From assembly GCA_016201795.1 (NCBI GenBank), contig JACQCF010000002.1, positions 45,122-109,121 of the forward strand: a stretch of DNA of 64,000 nt, written 5' to 3'. Below are positions 19,312 to 27,500 of the stretch, piece by piece. The position numbers and the translations under genes were made by a program. The stretch's first letter is position 1; each line of letters opens with the position of its first letter. This DNA comes from Candidatus Omnitrophota bacterium (GTDB lineage Bacteria > Omnitrophota > Gorgyraeia > Zapsychrales > Fredricksoniimonadaceae). Under the pieces are notes generated by a model. The model searched no databases. It was not told the origin of the DNA and saw nothing but the letters and a program-made list of their open reading frames with translations.

Positions 19312-21108
19312 ATGATTGCCCAAGTTGTTTTTGATCTGCCTTTAGAAGGCCCTTTCGATTATCTGATTCCTTCTTCCTTAAAATCTTCCATCGCTCCTGG
19401 TTTGCGCGTGAACGTATTGTTAGGCACTAAAAAACGCACAGGCCTGGTGACGGGTTTATTAGAGCAAAGTTCTTTTGAAAATTTAAAATCTATTAAATCT
19501 GTCATCGATGAAAAACCACTGTTAGATCAAGCCCAGATGGATTTAGGATCAGATTTGAGCCGTTATTACGGCTGTTCTTTGGGAGAGGCGCTTTTTACTA
19601 TTTTACGCGGATCTTCTGTTATTGAATCAAGTGTCATTGCGAGGAGCGAAGCGACGAAGCAATCTAATAAGATTGCCACGCTCCCTGCGGTCGCTCGCAA
19701 TGACAACAATGACAAACTAACACTACATGTTGTTCCTTCAGGAGATTATGTACCCATTCTGGTTTCTGTCATGAAACCTTTGGTGCAAAGAAAGCAGCGG
19801 GTATTGATTTTAGGGCCGGATCAGTTTGCCGTCCAAGCGATACAGGAGGCCTTAAAGAAATATTTCTCCAAAAATGATTACTTCATCGGCGCAAGATCAA
19901 TGGTGTTTCGTTCTTTGATGGGCATAGCTTTGGTGATGATGGTCGATGAGGACAACCCTTCTTATAAACAGGAACAAACTCCCCTCTATGAAACCCGTCA
20001 GGTACTTTTGATGCGCGCCAAGAGGGAGAATATCGATGTTGTCTTTATCAGCGCTACCCCGTCGGTGGAAATCATGGATTTGGTACACAAAGGCAAAATT
20101 CATCTCAAGAACTATCCGGCCAGGGGTCTGGTCAAACCGCAGGCCGTTGATTTAAATAATTACAAAATACTTTTGAAGGGGCTTTTGTCGCCGGCGGTTT
20201 TGTCAGCGCTTGAACGCAATGTCTCTGGCGGGACAAAATCGATTTTAGTGTTTAATCATCGCGGTTCTTATGCGGTCACCCGTTGCAGCGAGTGTGGTTT
20301 TGTACTCAAATGCGGGCGTTGTGACAGCCCCATGCTCTACTGGCGAGCCAAGAAACAATACTTCTGCCGCCATTGCTCTTTTCATTGTGAGCCAGACATT
20401 GTTTGCCCTCATTGCCAGGTGCCCAGTTGGAAATCTTTTGGTCTTGGCATTGAGCCATTGCAAAAAGCCTTGCAGGAAAAGTTTCCGACGTCAAGGATCC
20501 TGACTTTTGAGAGGCGCTCGCCACAGATTTTAAAGGATTATGATATTCTCGTCGGTACTTCGGCGCTTTTGCGGTTTAAATATCAGATACAAGCCGCACT
20601 GGTGGTGCTTTTGGATATCGATGAGGAACTTAATCGTTTGGACATACGCTCCTGTTTTCGTGCTTTTAGTCTGGCCGGGCATTTAAGAGGTATGGCCCAG
20701 GGACAGTTTTTGATTCAGACTCGTCATCCCAACCATTATGTGATCAAATCCTTTAGCGAAGATGACGCGGATATCTTTTACCGCGAAGATATGCGTATCC
20801 GCCGGGAACTGGCACTTTGCCCGTTTGGCCATCAGGTGATGATTCACCTGCGCTCTTTGCAGCAAAAACTGGGCCAACAAGCAGCGCAAGAACTTTATCA
20901 AGCATTGAACTCTTTGTCGTCCCCGAATGTTTCTATGAAGATTCACGCCCCCGTGGCGGAAGCGGTGGCTAAAAAGCGGGATCAATATCGTTTGAATATT
21001 CTGGTGCAAGGCGAGGATGTTATTGATATGATAGCCTTTATTAAAAAAGCCATGAGGCAGACCAAACGCCGCAGTAAGGTCATAGTAGTTTTAAATGTTG
21101 ATCCGTAG
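19312..21108 (+). CDS. priA: Primosomal protein N' (PriA), short, with degenerate helicase motifs
   Basis: N-terminal FDYLIP 3'-binding domain, SYKQE, SATPS, four CxxC pairs, QT..P.H, PF and the C-terminal VDP; precedes fmt. Confidence 0.88.
   Translation: MIAQVVFDLPLEGPFDYLIPSSLKSSIAPGLRVNVLLGTKKRTGLVTGLLEQSSFENLKSIKSVIDEKPLLDQAQMDLGSDLSRYYGCSLGEALFTILRGSSVIESSVIARSEATKQSNKIATLPAVARNDNNDKLTLHVVPSGDYVPILVSVMKPLVQRKQRVLILGPDQFAVQAIQEALKKYFSKNDYFIGARSMVFRSLMGIALVMMVDEDNPSYKQEQTPLYETRQVLLMRAKRENIDVVFISATPSVEIMDLVHKGKIHLKNYPARGLVKPQAVDLNNYKILLKGLLSPAVLSALERNVSGGTKSILVFNHRGSYAVTRCSECGFVLKCGRCDSPMLYWRAKKQYFCRHCSFHCEPDIVCPHCQVPSWKSFGLGIEPLQKALQEKFPTSRILTFERRSPQILKDYDILVGTSALLRFKYQIQAALVVLLDIDEELNRLDIRSCFRAFSLAGHLRGMAQGQFLIQTRHPNHYVIKSFSEDDADIFYREDMRIRRELALCPFGHQVMIHLRSLQQKLGQQAAQELYQALNSLSSPNVSMKIHAPVAEAVAKKRDQYRLNILVQGEDVIDMIAFIKKAMRQTKRRSKVIVVLNVDP
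19632..19705. repeat. Palindromic element inserted in frame in priA
   Basis: 12-bp terminal inverted repeat TGTCATTGCGAG...CTCGCAATGACA; a related copy lies at 35103-35193. Confidence 0.88.
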
Positions 21109-21131
21109 GGGCGATTAATAATCGCCCGTAC
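21105..21131 (+). repeat. GTAG-family REP-like palindrome
   Basis: GTAG-GGGCGATTA-A-TAATCGCCC-GTAC; the GTAG contains the priA stop codon. Confidence 0.7.
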
Positions 21132-21140
21132 AAGGAGAAT

Positions 21141-22064
21141 ATGCGCATTGTATTTTTCGGTAGCGATGATTTTGCCGCTGTCTGTTTAAAAGAGCTTGAA
21201 CAAAGTTCCCATCAGGTTATTGGCTGTGTGACTGCGCCTGATGCTCGCCAAGGCCGGGGAATGAGGCTCGCTCTTTCTCCCATTAAAGCAATCGCCTTGG
21301 GAGCCAATCTTCTTTGCCTTCAGCCGCCGTCGCTCAAAGAAGAGGCTATAGTTAGCCAGCTTCAAGCCCTTGAAGCGGATATTTTTGTGGTGGTTGCTTA
21401 CGGAAAAATTCTAACCCAGACGGTTTTGAATATACCCAAAATTTTTTGTGTGAATGTTCACGGTTCTTTGCTTCCTCACTACAGGGGAGCGGCGCCGATC
21501 AACTGGGCGATCATCAACGGCGATCATCAAACAGGGGTGACCATCATGAAGGTCAATACGCGTATGGACGCCGGAGATATCATCAGCCAAAAGACCATCC
21601 CTTTATCAGAACATATCACTGCCGACCAATTACGGACACAAATGGCTCGGGTGGGAGGCAAGCTCTTGGTTAAAACGTTAGATGATATCCAGACCGGCCA
21701 CTATACTTGTACGGCTCAGGACGAATCTAAAGCCACCTTGGCCCCTAAATTAACTAAAGAGATGGGACGCATTCATTGGCAACAATCAGCCGAGGCGATT
21801 GATCAGCTCATCCGCGGCCTTAAGCCCTGGCCAGGAACATTTGCCACCTATAAGGACAAGATGCTTAAAATTTTGGAAGCCTCGGTGGTTAAGATGGAAG
21901 GCAAGCCAGGGACGGTGGTGGATATTGGCAAAGAAGGCTTTGTCGTCGCTTGCGGCCAGGATAGCCTTTTGGTCAAATGCGTTCATCCGCAGGCGGCCAA
22001 GATCATGCCGGCTTATGATTTTGTGCAAGGATATCGTTTGATGGCTGGTGAGCAGCTAACATAA
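21141..22064 (+). CDS. fmt: Methionyl-tRNA formyltransferase
   Basis: VVAYGKIL, NVHGSLLPHYRGAAPI, MDAGD and PWPG. Confidence 0.95.
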   Translation: MRIVFFGSDDFAAVCLKELEQSSHQVIGCVTAPDARQGRGMRLALSPIKAIALGANLLCLQPPSLKEEAIVSQLQALEADIFVVVAYGKILTQTVLNIPKIFCVNVHGSLLPHYRGAAPINWAIINGDHQTGVTIMKVNTRMDAGDIISQKTIPLSEHITADQLRTQMARVGGKLLVKTLDDIQTGHYTCTAQDESKATLAPKLTKEMGRIHWQQSAEAIDQLIRGLKPWPGTFATYKDKMLKILEASVVKMEGKPGTVVDIGKEGFVVACGQDSLLVKCVHPQAAKIMPAYDFVQGYRLMAGEQLT

Positions 22065-22083
22065 TTTGGGTTAAAATTACCTT

Positions 22084-23070
22084 ATGCCTCAAATACGTAA
22101 AGATTTCATCGTCAATCGTTGGGTGATTGTGGCTACCGAGCGGGGGCGTCGTCAGGCCGCGTTTGTGAGTCCGGTCAATCAGCAAACAGATCCTCACGAT
22201 TGTCCGTTTTGTCAGCCGATCGCTGACACTCCGCTTTTAGCCAACGACCGGGTGAGGGTTTTTAAAAGCGGCACACCTTTTTTTGTGGATGGAAAGCCTT
22301 TCAGCCGCCAGAGGCATGGCTTGTATGAAGTTTCTTCCAGCTGGGGCAGTCACGAGGTAGTTTTGGAAACCACTGATCACGTGGCCAATATGTCTGACTT
22401 GGCCCTTGAGGATATTCAGAAGGTTTTTGAAACCTATGCCCAGCGGATGCGCCTGCACCGCCAGGATCCGTCGATTCGTTATGTATTGGCTTACAAAAAT
22501 TACGGGGTTGCTGCCGGCAGCCGTCCTATCGGGCATGCCCGTTCGCAGATTATGGCTATTCCCGTTAATCCCGTGCGCGTCAAAGATAAAATCAGCGGCG
22601 CCAAACGTTATTTCGATTTTCATGAACGCTGCCTGTTTTGCGATTTGATTGATCAGGAACGTAAAGACGGCCAGCGCTTGATTCTGGAAAATGGAGAATT
22701 TTTGGCGCTGATGCCATTTGCCTCGCGGTTTCCTTTTGAAGTCTGGATTGTGCCCAAACGCCATTGTTGTGATTTTGCCCAAGGGATTACCGGCTATGAA
22801 GGTCAGTTGGCTCAAATAATCAAAGAACTTTTGCTGCGTTTTAAAGTGGGCCTTAATGACCCGGCTTATAATTATCTGATTCAGTCCGCTCCTTTTGAAG
22901 ATGGTGGCGGGTACAAAGAATACCCGACCATTGAAGAAGATTATCACTGGCATATCGAATTACTGCCGCGGTTAATGCGAGTGGCTGGTTTTGAGCGCGG
23001 GACAGGATTTTATATTAATCCCATTCCACCGGAGATGACGGCAGAGTTTTTAAGGGAAGTGAAAATTTAA
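22084..23070 (+). CDS. GalT-family protein lacking the nucleophilic His (HARSQ)
   Basis: WVIVATERGRR, CPFC, HEVVLET, CLFCD and YHWHIE; the HxH motif is altered. Confidence 0.82.
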   Translation: MPQIRKDFIVNRWVIVATERGRRQAAFVSPVNQQTDPHDCPFCQPIADTPLLANDRVRVFKSGTPFFVDGKPFSRQRHGLYEVSSSWGSHEVVLETTDHVANMSDLALEDIQKVFETYAQRMRLHRQDPSIRYVLAYKNYGVAAGSRPIGHARSQIMAIPVNPVRVKDKISGAKRYFDFHERCLFCDLIDQERKDGQRLILENGEFLALMPFASRFPFEVWIVPKRHCCDFAQGITGYEGQLAQIIKELLLRFKVGLNDPAYNYLIQSAPFEDGGGYKEYPTIEEDYHWHIELLPRLMRVAGFERGTGFYINPIPPEMTAEFLREVKI

Positions 23071-23073
23071 TCC

Positions 23074-24072
23074 ATGCCTCAACTGCGTCGAGACCCAATA
23101 GTAGGCCGCTGGATAGTGATCGACAGCGATCATCCCAAAGAGCCAAAAGATTTTCCCAAAGAAGATCAAACGCCGTCTCATGCCGCGGTATGTCCGTTTT
23201 GCCCGCAGCGGGAGAGCCGCACGCCGCCAGAACTGGATGCCGTACGCCCCAACGGATCCGGGCCTAATACCTCTGACTGGCAGATACGCACTATACCTAA
23301 TAAGTTTCCCGCTTTGGTTCATGAAGAGCCTATGGAAAAAGAAGGGATAGGGATGTTTGATGTGATCTCCGGCTACGGCGCCCATGAGGTGGTTATTGAA
23401 ACGCCTGATCATAACAGACAAATGGCGGATCTCACCATCCAGGAATTGGTACTTGTTTTAAATCAATACCAGCGTCGCTATAAAGCTTTAGCTTCTGATG
23501 CGCGGCTAAAATACATCGTGATTTTTAAAAATTTCGGCCCCTCCGCCGGAGCGACCATCGAGCACAGCCATTCGCAGGTCATTGCTTTGCCCATGGTGCC
23601 CAAAACGGTGTTGGAAGAAATAGAGGGGGCTGAGCATTATCATCTGAGCCACGGTGCTTGTGTGTTTTGCACGATGTTAGCCCAAGAATATCAAGACAAA
23701 GATCGTCTGATATCAGAGAATAATTCTTTTGTTAGTTTTTGTCCGTTCGTGCCGCGGTATGCTTTTGAGACGTGGATGATGCCCAAAGCCCATCAGGCGC
23801 ATTTTGCCGATCTCAATGAGCAGGGAGTTCATGATCTGGCTTCTGGGCTTTTGGATACGTTAAACCGCATCAAAAAATGTTTATCGAACCCATCCTATAA
23901 TTTTTATTTGCATACCTCACCGATCAATTACGGCCGGCCCAACTGTTACCACTGGCACATTGAAATTATCCCCAAATTGACCCGCAGCATCGGTTTTGAA
24001 TGGGGCACGGGCTTGCACATTGTGCCGACGTTTCCCAATGAAGCCGCTCGGTATTTAAGGGACGCTAGATAG
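23074..24072 (+). CDS. galT: Galactose-1-phosphate uridylyltransferase family protein
   Basis: CPFCP..E..TPPE, PNKFPAL, HEVVIETP, GATIEHSHSQ, YHWHIE and GFEWGTG. Confidence 0.88.
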   Translation: MPQLRRDPIVGRWIVIDSDHPKEPKDFPKEDQTPSHAAVCPFCPQRESRTPPELDAVRPNGSGPNTSDWQIRTIPNKFPALVHEEPMEKEGIGMFDVISGYGAHEVVIETPDHNRQMADLTIQELVLVLNQYQRRYKALASDARLKYIVIFKNFGPSAGATIEHSHSQVIALPMVPKTVLEEIEGAEHYHLSHGACVFCTMLAQEYQDKDRLISENNSFVSFCPFVPRYAFETWMMPKAHQAHFADLNEQGVHDLASGLLDTLNRIKKCLSNPSYNFYLHTSPINYGRPNCYHWHIEIIPKLTRSIGFEWGTGLHIVPTFPNEAARYLRDAR

Positions 24073-24075
24073 TTC

Positions 24076-24104
24076 TTGAAAGTTTATAGGGCCGGTTATA
24101 CAAT
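24076..24104 (+). promoter_or_regulatory. Sigma70-type promoter, probably giving a leaderless transcript
   Basis: TTGAAA-17 bp-TACAAT. The ATG at 24111 starts 7 nt after the -10 hexamer, with no SD. Confidence 0.55.
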
Positions 24105-24110
24105 TCAACT

Positions 24111-24479
24111 ATGTTTCAACGATGGATAGTTATCAGCGTAATAGCAAGTTTTCTTTTTATCTTACTGACAACGGCTTGGGATTATTGCCCCGCGAAACCG
24201 GGCCATCATTTCACGCCACGACTTTCTTCTATTTACGGTAATCAGTTTAAAGCCGTCCATCATCCGTGCACTTCACTCAAAGATGTTTATGAGATGTTGT
24301 CTGGTGTCTTCAGCATTGTCCCATCGGTGAACAAGGAGTCTCTAACTCTGCCGCTGATGGCGGCAGTTTTTTCTCTATCAATCAAGCATTCTCCTCATGC
24401 GTATGATCGTCCACCACCGTTAGCTTCTCCTCCATCAGCAGTTCCTTTGTTTCAACTCTACTGCAATCTCCGCATTTAA
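24111..24479 (+). CDS. Small hypothetical protein with an N-terminal TM/signal segment and a Pro-rich C-terminus
   Basis: Hydrophobic N-terminus, His/Cys clusters and the tail DRPPPLASPPSAVPLFQLYCNLRI; fills the gap between the promoter and the RND gene. Confidence 0.6.
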   Translation: MFQRWIVISVIASFLFILLTTAWDYCPAKPGHHFTPRLSSIYGNQFKAVHHPCTSLKDVYEMLSGVFSIVPSVNKESLTLPLMAAVFSLSIKHSPHAYDRPPPLASPPSAVPLFQLYCNLRI

Positions 24480-24593
24480 TCTCTTCTAACAAATAAGAGA
24501 GAGAAAACTCTTGATGGGCTGATTCTGTCTTTTTTTTGCGTCATTTTTTCTTTTTTATCAACTATAGATTTTGAAAAATGGGGTGCATTAAAT

Positions 24594-27500
24594 ATGAAAC
24601 TTGAAGAATTCTCACTCAAACAGCCACATTGGGTTATTGTCGGGGCCCTTTTGGTGGTTATTATTGGCGTAGTCTGCATGACCAGGCTCCCTAAAGATAT
24701 TTTACCCATTTTTAAAATTCCGGCCGTACAAATCATTACGTTTTACCCGGGAATGCCCGCGGAGGTCGTCGAGAAAGATATGACCACCCGCCTTGAACGC
24801 TGGACGGGTCAATCCAATGGAATAGCCATGCAAGAATCCAAATCCATGATTGGGGTGAGCATCCTGAAAGATTTTTTTCGATCCGATATTGATCCAAATA
24901 CCGCCATGTCGCAGGTCACGTCCTTTGCGATGTCCGATCTTTATTATCTGCCACCGGGGACAATTCCTCCGATGGTTATGCCTTTTGATCCGACGGCAAG
25001 CATTCCATTGGCTCTTTTGACCGTTGAGAATCCTGACATGAATGAAACCCAGCTTTATGACGTGGCGTATTTTAATTTGCGCAATATGCTTCAGGGCATC
25101 CCCGGTGTCATTGCGCCGGCGGTTTACGGCGGTAAGCTCCGTCGTATTTTGGCCTATATTGATCCCTACAAAATGACCCAGCTCAATGTTTCAGGACTTG
25201 ATGTTGTTCAAGCTCTTCTTGAGTCCAATGTCATGATTCCCACGGGAAACGCGAAGTTCAAAGACAAGGACTATCAAATCATTACCAATGCCATGCCCGA
25301 GAACGTTGATACCATGAACCAATTTTTGATAAGAGGAGAAAATGGCGTTCCAATAACAATAGGAGACGTGGGAAAGGTCGAAGACAGTCATCAAATCCAG
25401 ACCAACGTGGTTCATATCGCGGGTAAACGGCAGGTCTATATTCCTATCTACAGACAGCCAGGCGCCAATACGATTCAAATTATTGACAGCATGAAATCTG
25501 CCATCCAATCCCTGTTAGAACGGCTCCCCAGGGGAATGAGTTTGAAAATTGTCGCCGATCAATCGCAGTTTGTTCGCCAGTCGATCAAAAGTATTTATAG
25601 TGAAGTGGGGTTGGGAGGCGTTTTGGCTTCCCTGGTTGTCTTGATTTTTTTAGGAAGCTTGCGAGCTTCTTTCGCTGTTTTTCTTTCTATTCCTCTTTCC
25701 ATCTTGACGTGTTTTATCGCTCTTTATGCCACAGGAGAAACGATTAACGCAATGACGTTAGGAGGATTGGCTTTGGCCGTTGGAATCCTCATTGATAATT
25801 CCGTGGTTGTTTTGGAGAATTCGATCCGTCATTTCAAAATGGGGAAACCCATTCGGCAAGCCATTTTAGAGGCCACAGGTGAAGTGGCGATGCCTGTTCT
25901 GGCGGGTACGGTCTGTATTATCATCGTATTTATTCCCATTATTTTTTTTACCGGAATCGGTAAGTTTCTGTTTACGCCTTTAGCAAAAAGCGTGGCTTTT
26001 TCCGTCTTGGCCTCTTATGTGGTTTCTATGACGATCATTCCATTATATTGTGTGAGATTTATTTCAGAAAAGCATCGTGAAAAATCATCAGAAAAGGGAC
26101 ATGAAGGAAGATTCAATCGGTTTGCCCAGCGTTACCAAAAGTCCCTTTCTTCTCTAATGAAGATAAAAGGTGTTGTTATTTTTGCGGCGGTCATACTTTT
26201 TTGTGCCAGTCTCTTTCTTTATCCGTTCATCGGGAAAGAGCTTTTCCCTCGTTCAGATGTCGGTTACTTGACCCTTTATTTACATCTTCCGACCGGAACT
26301 CGTATTGAAAAAACCGAAGAGACCATGAAAAAAGTTGAACAGAGTTTAAATAATCTAATCAACACCAATAACATTGACACGATGATCACGAATATCGGCG
26401 TTTTATATGATTGGCCAGCAGCCTATACGCCCAATTCAGGCCCCGGAGATGCGTTTGTTGAATTGGAATTATCGCATAAAAAGAAATTCTCAACGGAGGA
26501 ATATGCAACTAAGATTCGGGAATTATTTAAGCGGGAATACCCGGATATCCAGATTGCCATTAATACGGGGGGGCTCATTACGGCTGCTCTTAATATGGGA
26601 CTTAGTTCGCCGATTAATATTCAAGTCGAAGGCAAGGACTTAAAGACTTCGATGCCGATTGCCGAGGAAATTGTTAAGCAAGCAAAGGAAGTTAAGGGAG
26701 CAGTTGACGTCAGGATTCAGGAGCATCTTGATTATCCACAAATTGAAATTGAATTAGACCGTGCTGTGATTGCCGAGAAGCGTATGACCGTTGAAGAGGT
26801 CGTCAAAAACATCGTAACGGCGCTTAATTCCAGCGTCAATTTCAAAGCATCATTCTGGATCGATCCTAAAAATGGGAACCATTATTTTCTTGGAGCGCAA
26901 TATCCTGAGGAATTAATTAAGAGTATAGAGACGTTGGAAAATCTCCCATTGACAGGAAAGAATCAGAAACAGATCGTCCTTTTAAAAGAGATTGCCAAAT
27001 TCAAAGAAACTTCGGCTCCATCGGAAATTAGGCATAGAAACATTCAGAGGGTTGTGAATATTTTTGTCAACACCAGCGGCCGGGATGTGGGGGCAGTCGC
27101 TTCCGAGATCAGCCAGCGTATCAAAGATATTAAATTGCCGGATGGATATCGCATTAATGAACGGGGAGAAGTTCAATCAATGCAGGAGTCGTTTCAAAAC
27201 CTCGGCGGCGGTCTGATGTTGGCTGTGATTTTGGTTTACCTCGTCTTGGTCGGGCAGTTTCGTTCATTCCGCGATCCCTTATTAATTCTCATCGCTGTTC
27301 CGATGGGGTTGATCGGAGTTCTACTGACATTGTGGTTAACCAAAACAACGCTTAATGTTCAATCTTTTATTGGAATTATTTTTATGGTGGGGATTGCTGT
27401 TTTAAACGGTATTCTCCTTATTGAATTTGCCAATCGCTTAAAAAGTGAAGGGCAAAGTGCTCAAGAGGCCGTAATTAATGCGGCCGGAGTCCGATTGCGG

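Noticed and set aside
19163-21131. Clustered palindromes as a CRISPR array or IS ends
   Set aside because: There are no regularly spaced direct repeats, and no cas or transposase gene in the window.
22237-22953. Long antisense ORFs (this 238-aa one; also 14402-15007, 43755-44381 and 5647-6168)
   Set aside because: They shadow well-supported + strand genes and contain no recognisable motifs.
22084-23070. First galT copy as a pseudogene
   Set aside because: The frame is full length and uninterrupted with structural motifs retained, which fits a pseudo-enzyme better.
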